Below, piece by piece: positions 40,369-55,194 of a stretch of 64,000 nt of DNA (position 1 is the stretch's first letter; each line of letters starts with the position of its first letter). The DNA is taken from positions 285,145-349,144 of the forward strand of contig MU058010.1 of assembly GCA_013265495.1 (NCBI GenBank), in the 5' to 3' direction. The notes below the pieces were generated by a model. It did no database searches. It saw only the letters and a list, made by a program, of their open reading frames with translations, and was not told the origin of the DNA. Made by a program: the position numbers and the translations under genes. This DNA comes from Vicugna vicugna. Lineage: Eukaryota.

Positions 40369-41932
40369 AAAAATAGCTTTAATGCATGAGTACTAGACAT
40401 GGGTAATTTTTGATGGTACTAAGCATTTAGATTATCATCTGTTATTTCTAGTAATTCAGAATCTGAAAGTCCCTTCCTGAACTTCCTTGCAGCCCTTCTG
40501 CCTTGGGCAATGGCCGGTGTGAGCAGGACGGTTCTCACATGTTCCAGAGCTGGCCCTGTCCATGCGTTATAGTCTAGTAGTGGGTGCACATGATGATGGT
40601 TGGTAGATGGGACCTTTTAGAGTTGATAACTTGTGCTATGAATTCAGGGCCTAATAGTAATTGACATGTTTTTTTGTAGTTGATTATATGTCCTATGCTT
40701 TCTAGGAGATACTGGCATATGAAAAATTAAAACTAATCAGAAAGTCTGAAAAAGCCATCATTTAATGCCGAGGGACTAAGGATTCTGGTTAAATGGTATT
40801 TTGGTATTTTAGAGAAGTGTCCTGGGAGGTGGTTTGTCTCTATCTTTCTGTGTGACTTGAAATGAATCAGACAGTTTATATGCTGATTTTATTTGTTGGT
40901 TTTAGGTTTGGGGCAGCAGACATTGCGTACTAACTGATGTGCTTAATTGAAAATATTCTTTTCCCTGGACAGTCCATGACAGAACTTTTGTTGGGAAATC
41001 AGTTCATTTTTGGCATGCCCTGTCTTTATACTTTATTCAAATCAATATTCTATCAATAAGATTAAGCAATTAAAATATGCTTTCTAGAAACTCTTACTCT
41101 TTGGATCAATTGCCTGTCTATTTTCTTGAATTTCTTCCTTCCCTCTTCTGCCCCAGTTCCTTTTCATTTCCTCAAAATACTGCCTACTTACCAAAGGTTG
41201 TTTTCCTTGGAGTAGTGCCTGATTTTAGTTGTATGACTGTATTTTTTATATTTGCAGTGTTTCTTTGATCAATAAGCCATTAGGTTAAATCACTGTGCTC
41301 ACAGTGGCATGGTTTAACAGCGTGAGAAACAAGACATGTAAAAATTCAGTGGGATCACAAGATTAGCTGAAGTTTGAAAAGAGCCTAAAATTTGCATTTG
41401 AAACTGAGTATACTAGACTTTCTTTGATTACAAATTCTAGGTTTTTGAGTACTTGTCTCCATATTATTTAGTTCTGTTAAACTGCCGATTTTTCAAAGGA
41501 GTCATAACATTTATAGAAAATTGGATTGAACAAATGTCCTGTTTGTGTACTGTATTTTGATCTGCTGCCATTTGGTGTCACTGTAGGGCAGGACTTTTAA
41601 ACTTTGTGTAGTGGAGATATCTTTTTTTTTTAATCAAAAAATATTGTAAGACATTCATGCATATTTCCCTGCATTAAAAATGGCTTGTTTTAAAATACAC
41701 CCAAATATTCTTGTTGTAAAACATGCAAATAATATATAAAAGCATTGACTACAATGTTGAAGTTCCTTGTATCCCACTAGCCATTATATTCTATACAGAT
41801 GATCATTTTTAACATTTTGTTGGCTTTCCAGTCCTATTTCTTTGCACTTACAAATGCATGCATGTTCATATGCACATTTAAAAATATATCGTTCTGAAAC
41901 TTTTCACTATGAAATATGTTTTGGAGATTTTT

Positions 41933-42262
41933 TAATTTTTATTTTTGTTAAAGTATAGTCAGTATATACTGTTGTGTCAATTTCTGGTGTACAGCACAAT
42001 ACTTCAGTCATATAGGAACATACATATATTCATTTTCATATTCTTTTTTAACCATAAGTTACTACAATATATTGAATATAGTTTCCTGTGCTATACAATA
42101 TAAACTTGATGTTTATCATATTTTGTAAGAATCCTCCTGTATTTCGAAACGAGAGACCCTCTGCCAGAGTTTAGTGATTCAGTGGGTTTGTAGATGTAAA
42201 TTCTTGGTGTACTTGTGGGAGAGGGTGAGCTGTGAGTCTCTCTACTCTGCCATCTTGGCTCC
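41933..42262 (-). mobile_element. Internally deleted L1: 5'UTR head (42125-42262) fused to 3' tail (41933-42124)
   Basis: Minus strand starts GGAGCCAAGATGGC (L1 5' YY1 motif) and joins an L1 3' end with an A-rich tail. Flanking repeat agattttt at 41925 and 42270. Confidence 0.75.
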
Positions 42263-42564
42263 TGTATCAAGATTTTTATTTTTATGATGTGATGTTTTAA
42301 AATTCTTATGTGGTATTTCATGGTCCATATTATGACTTGTTTTTACACTGTTCTCTTAATGAAGGATGGTTAGTTCTTGTTTTCCTCAGGGTTTAAAACA
42401 ATTAATTCTGCATACATGTTTGTATATGTATTTGAAGGCAATGTATCAAAGATGTTATGTACATGAACTCTGGGTTTAAATCCTAGATCAACCTTACCAG
42501 CTGTGTGATTTTGGGTAGTTAGTTATTTTTCTGTACCTCTACTTTTTTATTTATGAAATGAGAC

Positions 42565-43006
42565 TAGTTTCCTGTTGCTGCTGTAACAAAGTACCACAGA
42601 CTTAGTGGCTTGAAACAACATAAGTTTATTATCTTAGAAGTCTGGAGGTCAGCATTCCAAAATGGACCATTAGTGCTGTGTTCCTTCTGAAGGCTCTGGG
42701 GAGGCATTTATTTCCTTGCTTTTTCCAGCTTCTAGAAGCTGCTCACGTTCCTTGGCTTATGACCCAGCATCACTCTGACTTCACCTTTTGTCATCCCACC
42801 ACCGTCTCTGACCCTCTCCTCCCCTCTTAGGAGGACCTTGAGCTTAGAGTGGGCCTACTTCGCTAAACTAGGATAATCTCCTCATCTCAAAACCCTTAAT
42901 TTAATTACAGACACAAAATCCCTTTTGCCGTGTAAGATGATGTGTTCAAAAATTTTGGGGATTAGTATGTGGCCATACTTGGGGGACCAGTGTTCTGCCA
43001 ACCACC
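42565..43006 (-). mobile_element. MaLR LTR (MLT1D-like) inserted into a MIR
   Basis: tagtttcctgttgctgctgtaacaaagtaccacagacttagtggcttgaaacaac ... ttctgccaaccacca, with MIR-like sequence on both sides. Confidence 0.8.
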
Positions 43007-44499
43007 AGGATGATAGTATTATGCCTCCACTGCATTCTCCTGATTATTCAATAAATTAATAGTGAATATGTGTCAATCATTTGTAATCATAAACTCTTTA
43101 TAAACGTTAGCTTTTGTCATTAACATTATTATTTCTTTAGAAAAAGTTCTCAGAGTTTGAATTTCTAGGTCAAAAGTGGTTTTAATCTTGATACTTAATG
43201 CCAAATTAGCCTTCCAGGAGGCGTGTCAGTTTATACTTTTATGAGCAATATACATGAGGATTCTTTTTTCCTTTTGTTCTTTTTAATTTTTTTTGGCACC
43301 GTCAGTAGTACTTAATATTATCTATCTTTTTTCACTTGGTGATTTTTTTTTAAACTTTGTTTCCCGGTTATCAAATGAGATTGAGGTAGTTGTTATATAT
43401 TTATTGATAATTTTTATTTCTTCTTGGAATTGCCTATTAATGTCATTTATTTTCCTACTGTATTACCGTTTTTCCTTATAACTTATAGAAGCTCCTTATA
43501 TAACCTGTGTGTTATTCCTTTGTAAATATTTGCAGTGCCTCTTGCTTGTCTTTCCACTTTGATTTATGATGTCTGCTGTGCCTTGCATTTTTGAAGCTCA
43601 GTTACAAAAATGAGTTCAAGACTCATGTTCTTCCCTTAATTATGGGAATGTGTTCTGTGTTTTGGGACAAGCTTGGTCCTTTGCATATAATAAGAGCATG
43701 GTACATAGCAGATGATTAAGTCTTTCTTTTGATTCCCTAAGTTCCTTCGGTTGCTCCCCATAACTTTTACATGGATGTCCCAAATTCTTAGAATAGCAGT
43801 AAGCCTTAGACAAAAGGTTTATTGAGATATAATTGACATACAGTCAAATACACATACTTAAAATTTGTAGAATTTGTATAATTTTGACATAAGCACACTC
43901 ATGAAGCCATGACCATAGTCAAGATAATGAACGTACTCATCACCCCGAGTGTTTGTTCAGACCTCTCTATAATCCCCTCCTTCCTAGCCACCCACTCACT
44001 TAAAGGAGTGAGTCACCCACTGTCTTCTAAGGATGCGATTCCTGCCATCCCTGCCCACCTCTTGCCTTCCTTTCTCCCTGGCCTTCGTCTTTCCTCAGCA
44101 ACTTGCTGTGCTCCCAAGGCACCTTGCTCAGACCTGTTAGCATGCTCCTTTCCCTTCTTTCTGCCTCAAGGAAGCCTTCTTGGGGATGTTTTCCCTAATG
44201 CTTCTGTTATTCCTTGCAGAATTCAGCATCCCTCCTCTGTGTTACCATAATGCCCAGTGTGTATCTCTAAATGGTTCTTATCACCCTGGAATATAAGTGC
44301 TTTTTTACACGTCACAATCTTCATTTATGCTCAGAACTTTTTGATGGGCTGAAGAATACCTTTATATTTCCAACACATGGCCCATATTCCAGTACACAGT
44401 GTCACTGGCTAAGTGACTGTATGAAATAAGAAAGAGATGAACAGAAGGGAGGAAAAATATATAGCGAGAACAGTAAAATAAAAACAAAGTTAAAAGTCA

Positions 44500-44795
44500 T
44501 TTTTAAGTGTTTATTGTTTTAGAACAATTGACGGTTCACAGGAAAATTGGGAGGAAGTTACAGAGATTTCCTAGTCCCTCCTCCCACCACCACAGGCAGA
44601 ACTTCCTCGTTTATCAACATCCCTCACCAGAGAGATACAGTTCTTATAATTCACAGACACATCATAATAGCCCAAGGTCCATAGTGTACCTTAGGGTTCC
44701 CTGTTGGTGTTGTACATTCTATGAATTTGGACAAATATATAATAACATGCCCATCATTATGGTATCACACAGAGTATTTTCATTGCCCTAAAACA
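44500..44795 (-). mobile_element. L1MC-like 3' fragment
   Basis: ggttcacaggaaaattg...tacagagatttcc...acacatcataatagcccaaggtccatagtgtaccttagggttc. Confidence 0.7.
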
Positions 44796-46408
44796 AATGT
44801 ATTTTAAAATCACATTTTCAAGTGAAAATGTGAAGTACTTTTGAGATAATTATTTTAATTTTTGTTAAAATGAGTCTGTAGATAACGATTTCTCTGGGTG
44901 AGAGTGGGTTAATTCAAAAGTAGACAAAGTAACCAACATGTTTGAGCATAAAAGTTTGAATTCACGCCTTTTTTTCAGAACAGAATGTAAGCACCCTGTG
45001 TGATTCTGCCACTTAACTTGTGGAGTTGTCACAGTGTTCCACTTTTCTCCTGATACCACACCTACATTGGACTTCTTCCTAATCTTTCTTTAACTCGAAG
45101 GACATGCTGTTTAAGTCTGTGAATACTCAAGGTACTCTATACCCTACTTCTTTTGGTACTCAGTGGTTTTTTATTTTCTAAAAAGGTGTTGAGGAAATTG
45201 CAGTTTGGTGTAGGAATCATGGCTGATTGAAACAACTTCAAGAAAGTCTGACCAGGGTTGGTGAGGGACCTGGAAGAATTTGTCCACTGAGCCATCACTT
45301 TCCCAGACTAAATAGATCTGTCTCTCTTTCATTCCTTGGTGTTGATTATTTCAAGTGCTTTGCAAATATCCAGATATAAAATCAATCATGTTTCACAGAA
45401 TTATCACTTTAAAACTTAACAAAAGACCTGGAGTTAATAAGATATAATTTCTTCTTCCAGACCCATTTTGACTTCTTGTAATTACTGTTTCCTTTTCTCT
45501 TTAATAATTCATCTTCCATCTTGTCTGTCTGTGACATAAATCTTGCCAGTCTCTCCTCCCGGAAAATAGAATTCTGTTTGTCTTCAGTTGCTGCTTTTTG
45601 GTTCCTGTCCAGTAGTTTGAGGTCCTTCAGATTTCACGATGCTCTAGACAGGACCTTGGCAATCTCATCTACCAATCTTCCACTACCCAGGGAGGACATT
45701 TATTTAGACTAATAAACTGTTGTAACTATATTCATAGCTATTTAAATCTTAAAAGTCTGCTTCTCCTAAGATCAGAAGCATTCAGCTGTTGTTCAGTTAT
45801 TCTTGTCACTTTGCTTTGCAACCTTTTTGACACGCTTCTGCCAGGATCCAGGACTTAATATAGGCTCCCTAGCACAGATGGCTTTTCTTTTACCTAGACT
45901 GGGGCTTATTAATTTTGCTTGCTTTCAGTTGTCATTGATCTGTAGCCTAAAATTCTTGAGACATTTAATATTTCTATCATTTTTCTTATGATCTGATTTC
46001 TGCTTTTCATCTCCTTCAGCACTCTAAGTCAAAATAGTCACAATGCCATTTGAATTTTTAATTGAATGGATAGAAATTTTGTTGGCTTAAGTAGTTAGAA
46101 ATGAGTTATCAGCTAGAAAACATCTCTGCCTTGCTCGGCCTAGTATTTTCGTTGAAGGTCTTTTCTGTCACAGATTTCTTCTTAATTCTGCCTACACATG
46201 ACACCAAGGAAGTACATGTTGACAAGACTCTCAAAAGGCCATTTGCACCTTTCCTTTTCATGTTTAACAGGTTGTGTAAAATAATGTGTAACAGATTTAT
46301 TGATTTAACTAAATATACTGAAATTCACAGAAAATTAGAGGCTTTTTTTATGGTTGAATTTAACATGGCTTCACTGCTGATAAACTGAAAATATTTAAGA
46401 ACTTTTCA

Positions 46409-46569
46409 GAGCGGAGGGTATAGCTCAAGTGGTAGAGTGCATGCTTAGCATGCATGAAATCCTGGGTTCCATTCCCAGGGCCTGCTCCAATAAATAGATA
46501 AACAAATAAATCAACCAACCAACCAACCAACCTAATTACCCCCTCCCCCCAAAAAAATTTAAAAAAAAA
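46409..46569 (+). mobile_element. tRNA-derived SINE (Vic-1 type)
   Basis: GGAGGGTATAGCTCAAGTGGTAGAGTGCATGCTTAGCATGCATGA..CCTGGGTTC, a (CAAC)n expansion, CCTAATTACC and an A tail. Confidence 0.88.
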
Positions 46570-46779
46570 CCCAGCTGTTCTTGTATTGATTTGAGTTCTT
46601 ATTAGATGATTCTGAGGAAATGGCTTCAGGTTCCATGTTGCCTCAGCCTTTAGGTGTTACAGGGACTGGGATTACCAGATGTTTTACGGACGAACTTGGA
46701 CCTTGAGATGATACTGGCAACTGCATCACTGTCTGTCTGATACATTTTATTTGAATACCTTGTCTCCTTGGTTCAGCAG

Positions 46780-47800
46780 TGATTCATTTGTTTATTTATT
46801 CAACAAGTATTTATTGAACACCTACTGTGTGCAGGGCATTGCTCTAAATTCTGAGGTTGTTGCAGTGAACATGTCTCTTACTCCTTCTTGGTCTTACATT
46901 TTAGTTCCGTATGGTAACAATATACACATAAACAAACACATGACGTGATGTCAAGTAATAATGAATCCCCCCTCAGGAAGTATATGTGTGTGTGACTGAT
47001 ATGGCTAGGGAAGGCAGGAGCCTGTGTGACCTCTTGGGGAGGCACGTTATAGACAGAGGAGGCCACGAGCCCCAGACTCTGAGGGACAAGTGAGTTTGGC
47101 ACAGCTGAGGCCAGTGGCTGTGGCAGAGTGACGGAGGGGGAGTGAGAACAGAAGGTGATGCTAGGGAGGCCACCAGGACCTTGCAGCCACAGTGTGAGGC
47201 CTGCTGATGTTATCCTAAGAAAGCCACTGGAGCATTTTAAACAAAGAAGTGAAATGATCGGATTTGTGCTTTAGATTTAGATCAGATTTATTATTCTGGC
47301 AGCTGTGTGAGGAACAGATTATGGGGTAGGGGCATAAATCGAAGCCAGTGGTCAGTTAACACGCTCTGACAACGATTAAGGTGAGAAATAGTGGAGGCTT
47401 GACAGGCTGGAGGGCAGTGTCACTGGTGAGAAGGGCAGATTCCGATGCATTTGTAGAGTAGAGAAGACAGGGTTCCTGACAAATTAGATTTAGGGCAGGA
47501 GAGGAGTAAAGGGTGACCCCATGGTTCTCGGGCTGTACAGGTGTAGAAAGACAGGGGATTCTGTTTACAGAGACGAGGAAAAGACTTGAAAGTGAAGCAG
47601 GCTGTGTGAGGAAGATCACTTAAAATGTCTGTAGACACCTACGTGGATGGAGGACGTATGCACGTGGGTGTAGGCTGGGAGTTCAGGACCGGGGGTATAA
47701 ATTTGGGAGCCAGGCACAGAGAGGTGGAATTTAAAGCTGTGGGATGGGATGAGATCACCTGTGGAGGGAATTAGAAACAGAACACAGGAGGCAGTGAAGG
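46780..47800 (-). mobile_element. L2 fragment (about 1 kb)
   Basis: tcatttgtttatttattcaacaagtatttattgaacacctactgtgtgc ... aagccactggagcattttaa ... gggatgggatgagatcacct. Confidence 0.8.
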
Positions 47801-48729
47801 ACAAGGCAAAATTCACAAACCTTACTGTTTTTCTCCATCTTCTCCCTAGAGAGGGGCCCGTCACCAGCAAGGTTTTGTTTGTTTTTGCTGCTAGTTACCA
47901 CCTCTCTGAGGAAAATTGCAATCCCCGGTCTAGGGAATTGTACAAGGTGATTTTATAATATGACACTATTGCAGTTTGTTTCCAACAGTAAGCATGAGGC
48001 CAGGTGAGAGGGCAATTTGGCATTTGTAGGATGTGATTCATCAGGGACCTTTGGAAAGAAACTAGTGGTCATGAGAATAGTGGTCGTGAGACTATGTGTC
48101 TGTGTAAAGAAAGAAAAACTACTTTTGCCTCCAGATCTTGCTCTCATAGGAAAGAAAATGGAATAATATCTGATGTTCATAGTAGTAAATATATACTGTC
48201 TATATTATGAACTAAGATGAAGTTAAAATACCAAAAGTGTGCAGGCATATTCTGTGATAAAGTGACTCTTGTTTAATCAAGGGATGGAGTTAAATGAACT
48301 CAAATCTACATCAAAATAGTAATATCAAATCCTGCCATTAATGGAAAAAATCACTGACTACCAATTGTGTTCTCTGTAGAGTGGGAGGATAAGTAGAACT
48401 GAACTCCGAATGAATTCTCTTATGAGCTTTTGTTACCCTTGTTCCCCTGAAATTAGCAGAATGTCAGCTATATTAAATAACTCTGCAATTCTTTAATTTA
48501 TTAGAACGCATAAAAACTCAGAGTGATCGGAATAATATGCAGTTTCATTGAGTTGCTAACTCTAGTGAGTTTCTCAAAAAGTTTGAATTTTCAACTGTGA
48601 TTTATATTGATCTTCCTTTTTTCACATGGTGCTAAGAAGTACAAAATGTTGTATGTGTTAAGTGTAACAAGCATGTAAAAGTGTGTGAAATAATTTGATA
48701 ATATTAAGAAATGATATGTATATCAGTTT

Positions 48730-51071
<2,342 letters not shown>

Positions 51072-51274
51072 TCACACAGCAGCTAGTGATGTAATAAGTC
51101 AGATAATGTTCTCTCTCCACCTGTAACCTGAGACTGACTTCCTATCCTGAACGAGAAGCCAAAATCCTTGCCATAGTCGACAAGATTCTGTGTCAGATGT
51201 CATTCCTTGGCTGTTTCCCTTCATCTTCTTCTTTGGTGTTTTTTGTTTTGTTTTGTTTTGGTTTTCCCACCAGC

Positions 51275-51600
51275 TTTTTTGAGATATAATTGACAAATAG
51301 AACTGAAAGGTATCTTAAGTGTTCGGTGTGATGTTTTGATATATGTATACATCATGAAAAGATTCATTCCATTGAGTTAACATGTCTATCACCTGACATA
51401 TTTATCTTTTTCGTGAGAACATGTAAGTTTTACTCCCTTAGAAATTTCAGTCACACAATACAGCATTATTAATTGTAGTCACTGTACTTTAGATTAGATA
51501 CTCAGACCTTATTCATTTTACAATTGAAAGTTTGTACCATTTTATCAACTTCTCCCTATTCCCACCCAGCCCCTGGCAGCCACTTTTCTACTTACTTATC
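51275..51600 (-). mobile_element. L1MA-like 3' fragment within an L2
   Basis: tttttgagatataattgaca...gaaatttcagtcacacaatacagcattattaattgtagtcac...cagcccctggcagccac. Confidence 0.7.
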
Positions 51601-51788
51601 TTTTCTTTTCTTTTTTTTAATTTTTAATTGAAGTATAGTCAGTTTACAATGATGTGCCAATTTCTGGTGTAGAGGATACTGTTTCAGTCATGCATATATA
51701 TATATTCCTTTTCATATTCTTTTTCATTATAGGTTACAACAAGATAAACACCAAGTTTATACTGTATAGCACAGGGAACTATATTCAA
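51601..51788 (-). mobile_element. Short L1 3' end with a 5' inversion
   Basis: Antisense L1 tail up to aagata (51746), then the next consensus stretch in inverted orientation (51743-51788). Confidence 0.8.
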
Positions 51789-52320
51789 CATGATATAGCA
51801 GCCTGGCTGTTTCTTTAGTCATCTACTGACACTCTACCCTGGTAACTCAGCTTTAACCCTATGGCCTCTGTGCTGTTCTTCAAACGTGCCAGTCACATTC
51901 TTGAGGGGTGGATAACGTTCGCTGTTTTTTTCTTCTTGGATCTCGTTTTCTACATATATGCAAATGGCTTGCTTCTTCATGTTGTTTTAGTCTTTCTTCC
52001 TATGTCTGCCTCTGGAGGTCTTCTCTGAGCACCCTGTTTCAAGTTTTGCATGTCCTATTGCCTGTAGCGCTTCATTTCCTCTTCCCTGCCTTATCCTCCC
52101 CACCCCAACTCCCGGCACTCGTCACCTTCTTTACTGTATTATGCTCTGGCCATTAATCTGTCTATTTGTTTAAGCTCAGAATGTCCGCAATCATGGGGGG
52201 TGTCCTCTTAGGTCTCTGTTGGTGAATTTCTATTGTCTTAAACAATACCTGGCACATCATAAGCACTAATAAATATCTGATAAGTGAATAACTTCTTCTT
52301 AGGTACTTTATGATTTATTT

Positions 52321-52323
52321 AGT

Positions 52324-52359
<36 letters not shown>

Positions 52360-52424
52360 TTGGAGTATAGTCGGTTATAGTGTGTCAATTTCTGGTGTAC
52401 AGCAAAATGTCTCAGTCATGCATA
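52321..52424 (-). mobile_element. About 100-bp L1 3' end with 12-bp TSD
   Basis: (TTTA)n tail. TSD tatgatttattt at 52309-52320 and 52425-52436. Confidence 0.85.
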
Positions 52425-54359
52425 TATGATTTATTTTAAATACTGAAAAGGTAAAACCATTTAGCTCCTGGCTTCCTGGGGCTTGCCGTGTAATTTGTTC
52501 CTAGAATTGAAACCCTAATCTAGGTTTAAAGAACTTTGTCTTGATATTCCGAATTCTTTCAACTATCCCTCATTGCATTTCTCATCTAATTAGACAACCT
52601 GTATTTGAATATGGAACTTACCATATACTAGCTATGAAATTTTGGACAAGTTTCTGAACAGCCCTCAATTTCATTTTCTTTATTTATAAAATGTACATGA
52701 GTTTAGAACCTATGTCATTAGGTTGCAGTGAATTTAAAGAAGAGCATGCACGTGTGGACTCAGTAGTGAGTAATAACAGCCCAATTCTGTTAGCCACTGT
52801 TACCCTCACTATATTTTTATTTTGAATATTTTTCTTCTCATCTGTCATGATCCAGTTCAGGACCCACTTTCTTTCTCTAAGAGTCATTTCCTACTTTACA
52901 TTTAGAATTCTCTCTCTCACTGTTCTGTGATCCTCTGGCATGTTTCACGTATATACTTTTGCCCCCGTCACTGTCTTAAGAGTGACTCTCTTAGCATGTG
53001 GGCAACCTTCTGATTCCAGATCCAACATGCGCACTTCATCTGTCGCCCTGTATGCTCTTGACCTGCGTTCCATCTCTCCTTACCAGCGTCTACTTTATTT
53101 TTCTCTCCTCCAACTCCCTTCTGCTCCTTTTCTACTCCTTCCCTGGCCCTTTTCCCATTGCTTCTAACACTTAAATAAGCATCTTCCTCAGATTCTGCCC
53201 TCCACTCTCTCTTTCTTTTCGTATCCTCCTCTTTCTCAATGATTTTATCCCCTCACAATTCTTTTCTAACAACCAACCCCCTTTGACCATTTTGTAGATC
53301 TCCCAGACTTTTTGCTCTTTGGCTTTTAAATATACACCATTTAATGTCACAGAACAGCAAAGGGCATCAGTTAGGAGTGTGGCATGAAGGCTGGAACTGA
53401 GTCATGAACATCTCAGTTATGATCCATTGTCATGACTCCCAGGTCTCATGATGAGACATGGTGCTCAAGTATTTATTTTCTGTTTCATGGAAACAGTTTT
53501 CAAAGGTACAATTCAAATTACAGAAAAACTGAGTGGGATGAGTTTCTCTTCTGATACTGGTTGCACACATTGGAGCCAGAAATATGAGCTAGAAGCTTTC
53601 TACCTCTAGCTCTCTAACTAGGTAGATCCAGCTGAGTATCGTAGCCTTAGAAATCTCCTGAAATTAAAATCATCCAGTTGCATAATAGCTTGATGGTTGT
53701 TATAGAAAGTGTGCTCATGGACAAAAAATATACTCAAAATTCATTTTCACTGGCTGAGATATTATAAAACAGCAGGTTAGCCTTCTGCTTGTAAATCATG
53801 TCATACAATAGGAAAACTAGAGGAGATTAAAATCTTCTCTACATTAGTTTAGCCTGATTATTTTTTAATATGGTATCTGAGACTTGTTGCATTTAGAAGA
53901 TGAGAATTTGGATAATAGGAGCAAGGAGAGAGATTAATTTTGGAGTTTCGGATCAATGACTTAAGTATTGGACTGAATGAGCAACTGTAGAGCAGCCAGG
54001 TAATTACATGACAGTTAGATTATCTGACTTTAGTGTAGTGATGTACAATTCACAAAGTATGTTTATATACATTTAGCTGATATATGAATCCTTAATGACA
54101 GCCCCTAAGGCTTGTAGAACTAAAACTCAAACAGAATAGGTGACTTAACCAAGAACACCCACACCTCATAAACAGAAGAGAAGGGTTTCAACCCAGTTTC
54201 TGACTCCACATTTCCATATGTTATTTTGTTTATACCATACAAGACTCCTTATCTTTTGGCAAAGAATTGTAGGTACACAAGAGGTGGGAAAAGGCAAATA
54301 AGATGTTAAAGGAAGGTTTTTAAAGATAGACTTTAGCCTACATTGTATTTTTGCTCAAA

Positions 54360-54495
54360 ACAAGTCCCATTCCTGCTTTTCTTTGCAGAAATGAAATACT
54401 AACCATTTTAAAATGTGTGTTTCAGTAAAACTTTATTTGTGAAAATAGGCAGGTGGATTGGATTTGGCCCACAGCCATAGTTTGCTTTCTTCTGG
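54360..54495. mobile_element. MER58A-like fragment
   Basis: gtgtttcagtaaaactttatttgtgaaaataggcaggtggattggatttggcccacagccatagtttgc. Confidence 0.7.
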
Positions 54496-54504
54496 TGTAA
54501 AGCA

Positions 54505-55194
54505 TTTTATTTATTTATTTTAATTTTAATTTTTTTGACTGGAGTGTAGTTGATTTATAGTGTTTCAGGTATACAGCAAAATGATTCAGTTTTATTTACA
54601 CGTGTTCTCAGGTTATTTTCCATTATAGGTTATTACCAGATATTGAATATAGTTCCCTGTGCTATACACAGGGAATAGCAGCTCCTTGTTGTTTATCTGT
54701 TTTATATATAGTGGTATGTATCTGTTAATCCTAAATTCCGAATTCACCCCCCACCCCTTCCCCTTTGGTAACCAGAAGTTTGTTTTCTATATGTCTGTGT
54801 CTATTTCTGTTTTGTAAATAAGTTCATTTGTATCCTCTTTTTTAATATTCCACATATAAGTGATATCATATGATTTGTCTTTCTCTTTCTGACTTACTTC
54901 ACTTAGCACACACACAGTTTATATCTTCTCTATCCAATCACCTGTCGATGGACATTTTGGTTTCTTCCATGTCTGGTGTAATGTAAATAGTGTTGTTATG
55001 AACATTGGGGTGCATATGTCTTTCTGAGTTAGAGTTTTCTCTGGATATATACCTGGGAGTGGGATTGCTGGATCATGTAGTAACTCTACTGAGAAAAGGG
55101 AACCCTCCTACACTGTTTGTGGAAATATAATAAATTGGTGCAGCCACTACGGAGGACAGTATGGAGGTTCCTTAAAAAACTAAAAATAGAGTTA
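54505..55194 (-). mobile_element. L1 3' fragment with a 5' inversion (55091-55194 on +)
   Basis: Antisense L1 up to ...ggatcatgtagtaactcta, then sense L1 gagaaaagggaaccctcctacactg...aaaatagagtta. Confidence 0.85.

Noticed and set aside
46409..46490. tRNA-like sequence (also at 35320-35390 and 37600-37671)
   Set aside because: These are SINE heads followed by SINE body and tail, two with TSDs. They are not tRNA genes.
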